Positions 20,365-29,911 of a DNA stretch of 64,000 nucleotides are shown piece after piece. The notes below the pieces were generated by a model. The model searched no databases. It was given only the letters and a program-made list of their open reading frames with translations, and was not told the origin of the DNA. Every line of letters starts with the position of its first letter. The stretch's first letter is position 1. Where the stretch lies: NCBI GenBank assembly GCA_963815095.1, contig CAWFFH010000003.1:608001-672000 (forward strand). The letters are read 5' to 3'. This stretch comes from Candidatus Bathyarchaeota archaeon (lineage in GTDB: Archaea > Thermoproteota > Bathyarchaeia > Bathyarchaeales > Bathycorpusculaceae). The position numbers and the translations under genes are program-made.

Positions 20365-21501
20365 TTGAACTCTGCTAAAGAATCCATTCCAATAAAAACC
20401 TTAGGATTCATAATTAACCCCGTAGCGGGCATGGGAGGCGCTGTTGGATTAAAAGGAACAGACGGCAAAACAATCTTAACCAAAGCTATCGCCCTAGGAG
20501 CTAAACCCATAGCCACCCAAAGAGCAGAAACCTTCCTAAACCAGCTAATCCCAATCAAAGAAAACCTAAAACTAATAGTTGGCGCTGGCTACATGGGACA
20601 AATCCAAGCAGAAAAAAGCGGCTTCTCATACAAAACGATCGGTGAGAGCAAAAAGGAAACTTCCTCTGAAGACACCCAATCCATTGCCAAAGGAATTGTT
20701 GAGGATTGTGTGGATTTGCTGGTCTTCTGTGGTGGCGACGGAACAACAAGGGATATTCTAAAAGCTGTGGACCTGAAGGTTCCAGTTTTGGGTGTTCCCA
20801 CGGGCGTTAAGATGCACAGTGCAATATTCGCGGTCAGTCCTCAAGCGGCCGCAAGGGTAACTGCCATTTACTTATGGAAGGGGTTGCCACTTAGGGAAGC
20901 GGAAGTTATGGATGTGGATGAGCAAGCGTTTAGAAAGGGGCATTTGTCTGCGGAACTTTACGGGTATCTGTTGAGCCCTTATATGCCGCACTTGATTCAA
21001 GGCAACAAGATGGAGAGCCCGGTGACTGAAAGCGAAGTGGAAAATCAAGCAGCTATAGCAATCTACATAAACGAAGAAATGAAACCAGAAACCATCTACA
21101 TCGTCGGACCAGGAACAACCACCCGAACCATCGCCGATCTCTTGGACCAGAAAAAAACGCTCCTCGGCGTTGACCTTTTCCAAGATAAAAAAATAATTGC
21201 AAAAGATGTTGGTGAAAAACAAATCCTTCAAGTAATAAATGGAAAAAAAGCCAAGATTGTTGTGACGCCTATTGGTGGGCAAGGCTTCATTTTCGGCAGA
21301 GGCAACCAGCAGATAAGCTCCAAAATCATCCGCCAAGTGGGCTTAGACAATATCGTTGTAGCCGCCACTAAGGGCAAGTTGGATAAGTTAGAGAGTTTGA
21401 GGGTCGACACTGGCGATTCTGAACTGGATGAGCAGTTAAGAGCAAATGGGATTAGAGTCATAGTTGACTACAAAATAACTAAACAAATGAACATTGAATA
21501 A
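20365..21501 (+). CDS. ATP-NAD/AcoX kinase family protein (COG3199)
   Basis: NPVAGMGGAVGLKGTDG, GGDGTTRD, GVKMHS, GGQGFIFGRGNQQIS. Confidence 0.88.
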   Translation: MNSAKESIPIKTLGFIINPVAGMGGAVGLKGTDGKTILTKAIALGAKPIATQRAETFLNQLIPIKENLKLIVGAGYMGQIQAEKSGFSYKTIGESKKETSSEDTQSIAKGIVEDCVDLLVFCGGDGTTRDILKAVDLKVPVLGVPTGVKMHSAIFAVSPQAAARVTAIYLWKGLPLREAEVMDVDEQAFRKGHLSAELYGYLLSPYMPHLIQGNKMESPVTESEVENQAAIAIYINEEMKPETIYIVGPGTTTRTIADLLDQKKTLLGVDLFQDKKIIAKDVGEKQILQVINGKKAKIVVTPIGGQGFIFGRGNQQISSKIIRQVGLDNIVVAATKGKLDKLESLRVDTGDSELDEQLRANGIRVIVDYKITKQMNIE

Positions 21502-21613
21502 TTCTTTTCCAACCTAAACTCCTTTAAAAATTGAAAAGTAACGAAGAATGTTTTTCTTGGTAACGGAAATATACTCGAAGTCCAACCTATTCTAACAAAC
21601 TGAGGCTGAAACT

Positions 21614-22717
21614 GTGATTCCGATTAATTTGCCAAAAATCGGCGAAGAAGAAGTCCAAGCAGTAGTTAAAGTTCTAAGAAGCGGCATGCTAACCAGTGGA
21701 CTCGGCATGGGTCCAGCCGTAACAGAATTTGAAAAGGGCTTTGCAAAAATGGCTGGCGCCAAACATGCCGTAGCAGTTAACACTGGCACCGCAGCGCTAC
21801 ACGCAGCCATAATGGCAGTTGGGGTAAAGCATGGTGATGAAGTTATTTTGCCCAGTTTCACTTTCGTAGCAACCGCGGAAGCCGTTGCATTGGCAGGAGC
21901 AAAACCAGTTTTTGCCGACATCGACCCCAAAACTTACAATTTAGCACCATCAGCAGTGGAAAAAGCATTAACCAAAAAAACCAAAGCCATTTTACCGGTA
22001 GATTTGTATGGTTTTTCCGCCGAAATGAAACCTCTCCGAGAGATTGCAGACAAAAATGGTTTGGTTTTGGTAGAGGATGCAGCTCAAGCACATGGAACAA
22101 CATATGACAAGAAGCCCGCGGGAGCTTTTGCTGATGCAGCTTGCTGGAGCATGTATGCAAGCAAAAACATAATGACAGGCGAAGGCGGCGTAGTAACGAC
22201 AAATAACGACCAAACCGCAGAGACTCTACGGATGATTAGGACGCACGGCGAAAAAGCCAAGTACGCCTCACTAATTTTGGGAACGAATTATCGTATGTCT
22301 GAGATTCAAGCTGCCATCGGCAATGTACAACTTGAACGATTAAGCGGTTTTGTGGCTAAACGACGCCAAAACGCACAGTTACTTACTAAACTCTTAGAGA
22401 AGAACAGCAAACTTGTTTTGCCTTATGAAGCAAAAGACAGACTGCACAGTTGGTACCTCTATACTGCACGTTTAAACGATGGAACAGAAAATCAACGCAA
22501 CACGATCATTGCAGAACTCAAAAACAAAGGAATTGGTGCAGAAGCGTATTATGTAAATCCAGTGCATCAGATGCCATTCTATAGAGAAAACTTTGGAAGC
22601 CCAAAACTCCCAGAAACCGAGAAAGCGTCAAAGCAGGTTTTCTCGTTGCCAATTCATCCTGGAGTCACTGAGGAACAGGCTCGATTTATTGGGGAAACAG
22701 TTCTCAGTCTCCTTTAG
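21614..22717 (+). CDS. DegT/DnrJ/EryC1/StrS PLP aminotransferase
   Basis: NTGTAALH, FTFVATA, EDAAQAHG, SMYASKNIMTGEGG, NYRMSEIQAA. Confidence 0.93.
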   Translation: MIPINLPKIGEEEVQAVVKVLRSGMLTSGLGMGPAVTEFEKGFAKMAGAKHAVAVNTGTAALHAAIMAVGVKHGDEVILPSFTFVATAEAVALAGAKPVFADIDPKTYNLAPSAVEKALTKKTKAILPVDLYGFSAEMKPLREIADKNGLVLVEDAAQAHGTTYDKKPAGAFADAACWSMYASKNIMTGEGGVVTTNNDQTAETLRMIRTHGEKAKYASLILGTNYRMSEIQAAIGNVQLERLSGFVAKRRQNAQLLTKLLEKNSKLVLPYEAKDRLHSWYLYTARLNDGTENQRNTIIAELKNKGIGAEAYYVNPVHQMPFYRENFGSPKLPETEKASKQVFSLPIHPGVTEEQARFIGETVLSLL

Positions 22718-22810
22718 TTTGGCTGTTCTCTGTAGTGGAGTGTAAGAGTTAAATTACCCTTTACATACTATACCATCTGATTTGTAGGAATTGGGTTTTC
22801 TTTAAGGGGT

Positions 22811-23206
22811 ATGAACACTTTGAGTAATGAAGAAGGCGTTTCCCGCATAAAGGTCAAGTTTCTCATCGAATGCTTAGGTGAAGCTGAGGGTGAACTTGTC
22901 AGGTTCCTTGCACCAAGAACAATAGACTATATCGTTCGCAAGCTTCCCCTCGAAGGTAGAGCCGCATTGTGGAAGGAAGAGGTTTACTTTGAAATTCCCT
23001 TAAAGATGGGTGAAGAAAAAGCTAAGCCGACAGTGGAGCAAGGCACGATTGCTTTCTGGCCGATGGGCAGTGCTTTATGTGTCTTTTATGGTAATTCTCA
23101 GCCCTACAGTCCAGTGAGTATACTAGGAAAAATTACCAGTAACCTAGAACTTTTCAAGCAAGTTAAAAGTGGAATAACAATAAAAATTCAGTTGTTAAAG
23201 ACTTAG
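22811..23206 (+). CDS. Cyclophilin-like fold protein (TM1367/DUF369-like)
   Basis: WKEEVYF, GTIAFWPMGSALCVFYG. Confidence 0.8.
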   Translation: MNTLSNEEGVSRIKVKFLIECLGEAEGELVRFLAPRTIDYIVRKLPLEGRAALWKEEVYFEIPLKMGEEKAKPTVEQGTIAFWPMGSALCVFYGNSQPYSPVSILGKITSNLELFKQVKSGITIKIQLLKT

Positions 23207-23682
23207 AAAGCAATTGAGCTGTCTTTCCACATTTCAAGTAGGCGCTCACATTCTTCTTTGATTTCTTTATCTTCAGTTTTTTCTTTGAGGGTTTTTAAGA
23301 ATTCGATACGCTTTGCCACAGACCGTTTTTCTGCGTTGCCACCGTAGTAGAGTTCGCCATCTAAGTACTCTTTCATGTGGTAGGCTTTTTGGATAAATAG
23401 ACTTGCCGCGTCCACTGGGTTTTCTACTGCAAACTTGTTTGCCCAGATTACGACTTCTGTTTCCCTGAGTTGAGTTATACCGTCGATTTCCATGATTTTC
23501 CTTATGTAGGATTGCAAAAAGTTGTGGTATCCTGCAGTTTTGATTAGTTCAAGGGCTTGTTGTACCTGTTTTCTAAACTCAGGTGTGCCTTCAACTATAA
23601 GATTGTGTTTATGGCCCTGATCTATTAGTGCCTTTGCGGTTTTTACTTCTTCTGTCGTATAAACTCTATCTGGGAAACTCAT
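23203..23682 (-). CDS. Hypothetical protein
   Basis: 159-aa ORF with normal composition, co-oriented with rps25e. Confidence 0.7.
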   Translation of the reverse strand: MSFPDRVYTTEEVKTAKALIDQGHKHNLIVEGTPEFRKQVQQALELIKTAGYHNFLQSYIRKIMEIDGITQLRETEVVIWANKFAVENPVDAASLFIQKAYHMKEYLDGELYYGGNAEKRSVAKRIEFLKTLKEKTEDKEIKEECERLLEMWKDSSIAF

Positions 23683-23738
23683 GAAAATACAAACTCCAAA
23701 TAAGAAAATATTTTATTAAAATAAGATAAATTGTGCAG

Positions 23739-24068
23739 TTATGCAGCAGGCTTGTAGATTTTGATGTTGTGGCTGCCAGAGACAAGTTGAATTGAACCGT
23801 TTGCCTCAAGTTGTTCGAGATAATCTTTGGCTGCGCTTATGCGTATGCCGTAGCGTGTTGAAACTGCATATGGCGTTAAGACACCCATCTTTTTGATTTC
23901 AGCAATGTTTTTGCCATCTTTTGCATCTGGAACCATTATACCAACGGTCTTTCGTTCTTTTGGTGGTCCAGCTTTCTCTTTCTTCTTTGCTTCTTTAGCT
24001 TTATCTTCGTCTGCCTTAACCTGTGACTTTTCCATCTGCTTTATGCCGAGTTTCTTTTTTCCACCCAT
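23739..24068 (-). CDS. rps25e: 30S ribosomal protein S25e (eS25)
   Basis: MGGKKK, LTPYAVSTRYGIRISAAKDYLEQLEANG wHTH. Confidence 0.9.
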   Translation of the reverse strand: MGGKKKLGIKQMEKSQVKADEDKAKEAKKKEKAGPPKERKTVGIMVPDAKDGKNIAEIKKMGVLTPYAVSTRYGIRISAAKDYLEQLEANGSIQLVSGSHNIKIYKPAA

Positions 24069-24101
24069 TATTTTTCACTTTAGTTCTTTTTGTCTGCATT
24101 T

Positions 24102-25589
24102 TTATTGTGGTTGGCTTATTTCAACCTTATGTTGCGCTTTCCAGTCTTTGATTGGAACGCCAAGTTTCTTTTCTACTTCAGCACGGTGGATGGAATTCAT
24201 GGTGCAGAATGGAATTATGCGTCCATCTGGAACAGCATAATGGATTAGGCAGCGTTCTATTCTTTCGAGATCAAAGTTGTACGGGTCCATGAAGTGCATT
24301 GAAGTAAGCAATAATGATTGTCTTTGGAGGTCACCAAGGGATTCATAATCGCCTTTTATCACGACCGGCAAAAGCTTTCTTATGAAACTGAATTTAACAT
24401 GCCGCAATGAACCTACGAGGGATAGGTATGCTCTTGTTCTGTGGCCATCAGATGCTTTGGCGTAAACATTCCTCATACCGTCAAAGAACTTTTCTACATT
24501 AGCAAATTGTGTGATTGGTTTGATTTTGCCGTTCTCTATAAACAGGTATGTTGCCATACCGCAGTGTGGATGTGCAGTGAACTCCAAGTATTTTCTGCCT
24601 TTTAATGCGCCTACTGCTTTAGACACAATAGCTACTGAAGGCACAGGGAAAAAGTCTGACACTTTAACAGCCCCGTTTGTTTGCGCTTCAACGTTCTTCA
24701 TAAAGTCGGGAATAGTGATGCGCATTTTTTCGCGTTCCGTTTGTGGCAAACGCCCGCATAGACTAACGGGTTGAACGTTTATGCATCTGACCACGTCGAA
24801 GTTTTTAACAGCAAAATTGACGATATCACCAAGTTGGTGATCGTTGACGCCCTTGACCAATGTAACTACCAGAACTATGCTTTCGAAACCTGCGGCTCGC
24901 AAATTCTCGATGGCCTTCATTTTTATGTCAAGCAGGTCTACGCCACGAATGAATTTGAAAACGTCCGATGTTAACCCGTCGAATTGCAGATAAATGGTAC
25001 TGACGCCAGCTTCTTTGAGTTGTTTGCAATATTCTACGCTCTGCGAGATCCGAAGGCCGTTCGTGTTAATTTCAACGTGGCTGAACCCGAGTTCTTTTGC
25101 TTTTCGAATAAAATCGAGGAGATCCTTACGGATTGTTGGTTCACCACCCGAGAACTGCAGGGCGGTAGCAGGTACCGGTTTGTTGGCTCGAAGGTTCTCA
25201 AGCATTCCGAAAATTTGCTCTTTTGTCGGCTCATAAACGTATCCTGCAGCTGCAGCATTAGCAAAGCAAACTGGGCAAGTTAGGTTGCAGCGATTTGTAA
25301 CGTCGATAATTGCCAAAGCCGTTTGGGATTTGTGTTCGGGACAAATGCCGCAGTCATAGGGGCAACCGTTTTTCTTATCGGTTCGAGGGTTGCTTATGCC
25401 GTTGCCGTCAGATCGGAACTTTTCTGCCCGCATGTATTGGTCATAGTCAGACCAGTAGAGTTCATTAAAAGCCCCATGTTCAGGGCATGCTTTTTTCATG
25501 AAAACTTTTCCATCATCTTCGTAGATGGTTGCGTCAATTGCCTTCAGGCATTCTGGACAGATGCTTCTTGTAGGTTTGATATCTTTCAT
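24102..25589 (-). CDS. tes: Tetraether lipid synthase (GDGT-MAS/Tes, MJ0619 family radical SAM)
   Basis: TRSICPEC...CPEHG, CPYDCGICPEH, CNLTCPVC, HPHCG, MHFMDPYNFD, CLIHY...IPFC. Start placed at ATG 25589. Confidence 0.9.
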   Translation of the reverse strand: MKDIKPTRSICPECLKAIDATIYEDDGKVFMKKACPEHGAFNELYWSDYDQYMRAEKFRSDGNGISNPRTDKKNGCPYDCGICPEHKSQTALAIIDVTNRCNLTCPVCFANAAAAGYVYEPTKEQIFGMLENLRANKPVPATALQFSGGEPTIRKDLLDFIRKAKELGFSHVEINTNGLRISQSVEYCKQLKEAGVSTIYLQFDGLTSDVFKFIRGVDLLDIKMKAIENLRAAGFESIVLVVTLVKGVNDHQLGDIVNFAVKNFDVVRCINVQPVSLCGRLPQTEREKMRITIPDFMKNVEAQTNGAVKVSDFFPVPSVAIVSKAVGALKGRKYLEFTAHPHCGMATYLFIENGKIKPITQFANVEKFFDGMRNVYAKASDGHRTRAYLSLVGSLRHVKFSFIRKLLPVVIKGDYESLGDLQRQSLLLTSMHFMDPYNFDLERIERCLIHYAVPDGRIIPFCTMNSIHRAEVEKKLGVPIKDWKAQHKVEISQPQ

Positions 25590-25696
25590 TCTCTTTTTTG
25601 CCTTCTTGCATGTAAGCGTTAATTTCGAAGTGCTTAAGTGCAGATGTGATGATAATAAGGTTTCCAGACGTTTCCTAAGGTGATTGAGGGGAGAAC

Positions 25697-26446
25697 ATGG
25701 CAATAAACGAAGTCACTCGAGATACTCTACATGAAATGGGCTTGAACGCCTACGAAATCGACGCTTACACAGTACTACTGGAAGGTGGGCAAATGACAGC
25801 TATGGAGATAAGCCAACAAGCAACTGTGCCGTACAGTAAAATGTACGAAGTTCTGAACTCCCTCAAAGAAAAAGGCTGGATAAAAAGCAGCGAAACCCGA
25901 CCTTACAAATACTACCCTGTTCCACCCTTGGAAGCAACACGTTCTACTAAGCTGCGGCTTGAAGATAAGTACCTAAACTGGGAAAATACTGTTGCTGAAA
26001 ACCTCCAACCTCTCTATGAAAAAAGAGAACTTGTTGAGCGCCCTGACATGCTGATTTTGCGTGGTCAACAAGCCGTTCTAACAAAACTTGAAGAGGTTCT
26101 GAAAAAAGCATCCTTGGAAATTGTGATTGCGGCGCCAGAATTCGCTAAACCCTTGATTAGTTTGGCTGAACCTTTGATTGGCAATGGTTTAAAGAAAACG
26201 GTTAATGTGAAATTGATGGCTGCTGGAAAAAAGGATGATTGGCTTTTCCTAAAAAAATTTTGCTTAAAAGAGCTTAGAATCCGTGACCATATGTTCGGCG
26301 GTGGCGTAATCGCTGACGGAAAAGAGGCCATGCTGTTTCTAGGTGAGGACAAACCAACCCTCGTAATTTGGAGCAACCACGTGGGCTTAGTAGGGTTTGC
26401 TCGCGAGTACTTCCAGTTCCTGTGGGATTCTTCTGCAACTGCCTAA
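25697..26446 (+). CDS. TrmB-family transcriptional regulator
   Basis: GLNAYEIDAY, TAMEISQQATVPYSKMYEVLNSLKEKGW, PLD-like C-terminal domain. Confidence 0.9.
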   Translation: MAINEVTRDTLHEMGLNAYEIDAYTVLLEGGQMTAMEISQQATVPYSKMYEVLNSLKEKGWIKSSETRPYKYYPVPPLEATRSTKLRLEDKYLNWENTVAENLQPLYEKRELVERPDMLILRGQQAVLTKLEEVLKKASLEIVIAAPEFAKPLISLAEPLIGNGLKKTVNVKLMAAGKKDDWLFLKKFCLKELRIRDHMFGGGVIADGKEAMLFLGEDKPTLVIWSNHVGLVGFAREYFQFLWDSSATA

Positions 26447-26503
26447 CGCGTTAGACTAGCAGTAAATAAAGAAGTCCACTATTGAACCCTAAAGGGAATC
26501 ATC

Positions 26504-28036
26504 TTGACAAACAACTTAACTTTGGCATACAGGGATCTTTTATCTAAAACTAAAGATGGGGTGGTGCTTTCTACTGCCGAGGGTATCATTCACTGGGACA
26601 TGGAAATTTATATGCCTCCAAAAGCAGTGGAGCAACACAGCCAACAACTGGCACTTTTAAGCCGCATGCATCATCAACTGGGAACGGACCCAGAAATAGG
26701 TAAACTCCTAAAAACAATTCAAATAAGCCCAGAATACCAAGCGTTGAGTCAAGTGGAAAAACGCAACCTGTACCTCATCAACAAAAATTACCAAGAACAA
26801 ACCGCTCTGCCCGAAAAACTCGTCGCGGACATTGCCATGCAAGAAGCAATCACAGTCAACACATGGAAAAAAGCTAAAGCAAAAAAAGACTTCAACCTCT
26901 ACAAAGCCGACCTACAGAAACTCTTCGAACTCAACAAGCAAACCGCAGAAATCCTCATGAAAGTCAAAGAAACCAAAACTCCCTATGAAGCGTTACTTGA
27001 TAATTTTGAGCCAAAAATGTCCTCAGAGAACATAACTACAATTTTCAACCAGTTACTCGCAGGCTTAAAGCCGTTAATAGCTAATATTGAAAAATGCCAG
27101 TCTAAACCAACCACTCAAACACTCAAACTGCCAGTGCCAGTTGAGGATCAACGTAAAATCACACAGTTAATAACACAAACTTTAGGTTACGACACTACTT
27201 CAAAGGAAGCTGGAGGAAGAGTTGACGAAACCGAGCATCCATTCACAACAGGCTATTATGATGATGTGCGGATAACCACTCATTATTACCCCAACAACTT
27301 TGCAAGCTCAATCTTCTCCGTACTTCATGAGACTGGACACGCGCTTTACGAACAAAACCTAAACCCAAAATGGCAATATCAACCAGTCGGCTCCACATGC
27401 TCATTCGGCATACATGAATCACAATCACGGTTTTACGAAAACATAATCGGACGCTCAAAAGAATTCTGGAGAAGTTTTCTGCCAAAAATCATACAAGCAG
27501 CACCAAACTTAGGAAAACTCCAGTTAGAACCATTCGTTCAAGCTATTAACAAGGTTGAACGATCCAAAATCCGAATCGAAGCAGACGAAGTAACTTACAG
27601 CCTCCACATAATAATTCGATTTGAGCTTGAAAGAGACCTATTCGCCAGCAAAATTTCAATCAATGAGCTACCAGAGGCATGGAACCAGAAATATGCTGAT
27701 TATCTCGGCGTAAAAGTCGAGAATGACGCAGAAGGTGTGATGCAGGATACGCATTGGGCAAGTGGCTTGTACGGTTACTTCCCAAGCTACGCGTTAGGCA
27801 ACATCTATAGTGGACAAATAACAGCTGCAATCAGTAAAGACTTTCCAAATTGGCGTACCAATCTTGCACAAGGAAAACTAGAAGACGTGAACGGATGGCT
27901 AAAAACAAATATTCATGTCAAAGGTGACCTCTATGATCCTGAGGAACTAATCAAGCAAGCAACAGGGAGAACCCTCACTTCAGAACCATACCTACAGTAC
28001 CTAAACAAAAAATACGGCAGCCTTTATGGGTTTTAA
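26504..28036 (+). CDS. Carboxypeptidase M32 (Taq-like)
   Basis: HPF, DVRITT, HETGHALY, HESQS, IRIEADEVTY, QDTHW, YFPSYALG. Confidence 0.96.
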   Translation: MTNNLTLAYRDLLSKTKDGVVLSTAEGIIHWDMEIYMPPKAVEQHSQQLALLSRMHHQLGTDPEIGKLLKTIQISPEYQALSQVEKRNLYLINKNYQEQTALPEKLVADIAMQEAITVNTWKKAKAKKDFNLYKADLQKLFELNKQTAEILMKVKETKTPYEALLDNFEPKMSSENITTIFNQLLAGLKPLIANIEKCQSKPTTQTLKLPVPVEDQRKITQLITQTLGYDTTSKEAGGRVDETEHPFTTGYYDDVRITTHYYPNNFASSIFSVLHETGHALYEQNLNPKWQYQPVGSTCSFGIHESQSRFYENIIGRSKEFWRSFLPKIIQAAPNLGKLQLEPFVQAINKVERSKIRIEADEVTYSLHIIIRFELERDLFASKISINELPEAWNQKYADYLGVKVENDAEGVMQDTHWASGLYGYFPSYALGNIYSGQITAAISKDFPNWRTNLAQGKLEDVNGWLKTNIHVKGDLYDPEELIKQATGRTLTSEPYLQYLNKKYGSLYGF

Positions 28037-28215
28037 GCAGGCTGTTTCTTGGTCATTTCTTTGTATACATAGATTATGAGGTAGGCAGCGATAGAACCGA
28101 TGAAGAGATAAACACCGCTGTATCCGACCACTGCGTTATAAGTGTTGGCGCCATATAGGAAAAGTAAGAATCCAAGTATGAATAACCCCAATAATGTCCA
28201 GTCAGTCCAAGACAT
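28033..28215 (-). CDS. Small two-TM membrane protein
   Basis: 60-aa ORF with two hydrophobic helices; upstream RBS-like gagga. Confidence 0.7.
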   Translation of the reverse strand: MSWTDWTLLGLFILGFLLFLYGANTYNAVVGYSGVYLFIGSIAAYLIIYVYKEMTKKQPA

Positions 28216-28430
28216 CGGATTTCCTCGTCGAATTAGGCATTCAATATAAGCTATGGGATATAAAGATTTACGAGTTAGAATGCGCCAACCAAAAAAGTCA
28301 TCGCCACTGATAAACTTCGGGCAAATGACAACTTACCCTTAACCCCTTTCAAGTCAATTACAATTTTTTCTAGCCCATCCGACATTTTTATATATAACAT
28401 AAAGCACAAAGAGCAAACGAGGTAAATTAA

Positions 28431-29870
28431 ATGTCGGGAGCAGACATTAAAAAGCCAGAAACACGTGAAATATTAGTAAAAATGTTAACAGAAGCCGCAA
28501 AAAAAGAAGTTGGCTCTAAAGGAAAGCCGACAAAACCGACAGTCATCGGAACAGCAAAAGAAATGGACATTCACAGAGACACACTATACTCATGGCTAAA
28601 AGAGTTCAATGTCGATTTCAAAGAGATTGTAGATCGCATGCCGACAACAGCTGACGATAGTTACGACTACTCGGGACCTACCTACCTAATTGGCGAGTCA
28701 CTATTAGGAGAAGGAAACGAAGTTGCACACATCGACCTTATGATAGGCGATAAAAACGGACCCATTGGACAAGCATTCGCAAACGGCATGACACAACTAT
28801 CAGCCGGCCACACACCAGTCCTTGCAGTAATCAGACCTAACCTACCGCCAAAACCACACACACTAATCGTGCCAAAAGTCACAATCAAAAACATGGAGGA
28901 CACAGGCAAAATTTTCGGTCCAGCCCAAGCCGCAGTTGCAAAAGCTATCGCTGATTCAGCAGAAGAAGGAGTAATTCCAGCAAACAAACTAGATGAGTGG
29001 GTTATCATATGCAGTGTTTTCATTCATCCAAAAGCAGCCGATTTCCGCAAAATATACCAATATAACTATGGCGCAACAAAAATGGCACTAAAACGCGCAT
29101 TAAAGCAATATCCAACACTTGAAAAGATAATCTACGAGAAAGACCGCTCAAAGCACCCTATCATGGGCTTCAAAGTTCCACGTCTATGGAGACCACCATA
29201 CCTCCAAATTGCACTTGACGCACCCTCACTTGAAGGAGCAAAGAAAGTCATCGAAGCGCTTCCGGGAAGCGACAGAATCATCCTTGAAGTCGGCACACCA
29301 CTCATTAAACGCTATGGCACAAGAGGCATCAACGAACTACGCAAAATAGCCAAAGACAAATTCATTATAGCAGACCTGAAGACCTTAGACGTAGGAAAAG
29401 TTGAAGTTGACATAGCATACGAAGACACCGCAGACGCAGTTGTTGCCGCAGGCTTAGCACCAGCAGAAACATTAGATGCAACAGTTTCGGAATCCAGACG
29501 CTTAGGAATCTATGCAGTCATCGACATGCTAAATGTAGAAGATGTCCTGGGTAAATTGAAATCAATCAAAGAGTTTCCAGACATCGTCATCCTGCACCGA
29601 GGCATCGACCAAGAAACAGGCAGAAGCAGCGGGCTTGAACGCATAAAAATCATACGCCAATCATTCCCCAACAAGAAATTCCTAATCGCAGTCGCAGGCG
29701 GCATCGTCCCAGAAACAGCCAAAGAAGCACTAGATCAAGGCGCAGACATACTCATCGTCGGCAGATACGTTACACAATCCAAAGACATCGAACGTTCAGT
29801 AAGAGACTTCCTTGAATTGACACCCAGCATGCGCGAAGACGTAGACTTATACAGAGTCCACACAGAATAA
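28431..29870 (+). CDS. fae-hps: Bifunctional formaldehyde-activating enzyme / 3-hexulose-6-phosphate synthase with extra N-terminal HTH
   Basis: GEGNEVAHIDL, FGPAQAAVAKA, YNYGATK (Fae); LQIALD, EVGTPLIK, DLKTLD, LHRGID, VAGG, IVGR (Hps); N-terminal TAKEMDIHRDTLYSWLKE. Confidence 0.92.
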   Translation: MSGADIKKPETREILVKMLTEAAKKEVGSKGKPTKPTVIGTAKEMDIHRDTLYSWLKEFNVDFKEIVDRMPTTADDSYDYSGPTYLIGESLLGEGNEVAHIDLMIGDKNGPIGQAFANGMTQLSAGHTPVLAVIRPNLPPKPHTLIVPKVTIKNMEDTGKIFGPAQAAVAKAIADSAEEGVIPANKLDEWVIICSVFIHPKAADFRKIYQYNYGATKMALKRALKQYPTLEKIIYEKDRSKHPIMGFKVPRLWRPPYLQIALDAPSLEGAKKVIEALPGSDRIILEVGTPLIKRYGTRGINELRKIAKDKFIIADLKTLDVGKVEVDIAYEDTADAVVAAGLAPAETLDATVSESRRLGIYAVIDMLNVEDVLGKLKSIKEFPDIVILHRGIDQETGRSSGLERIKIIRQSFPNKKFLIAVAGGIVPETAKEALDQGADILIVGRYVTQSKDIERSVRDFLELTPSMREDVDLYRVHTE

Positions 29871-29882
29871 ATCAAGAAACCC

Positions 29883-29911
29883 GAGCGAAAGCTCAAAAAC
29901 TTTTTCTTTTT
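29883..29911. terminator. GAGC-GAAA-GCTC hairpin followed by T tract between convergent genes
   Basis: gagcgaaagctc then aaaaactttttcttttt. Confidence 0.4.

Noticed and set aside
25590-25703. N-terminal extensions given by the ORF track for tes (also rpl3, elf1, PHP, COG2187 and DUF4438)
   Set aside because: The extensions overlap promoters or neighbouring genes and precede the family-typical N-termini, so downstream starts were used.
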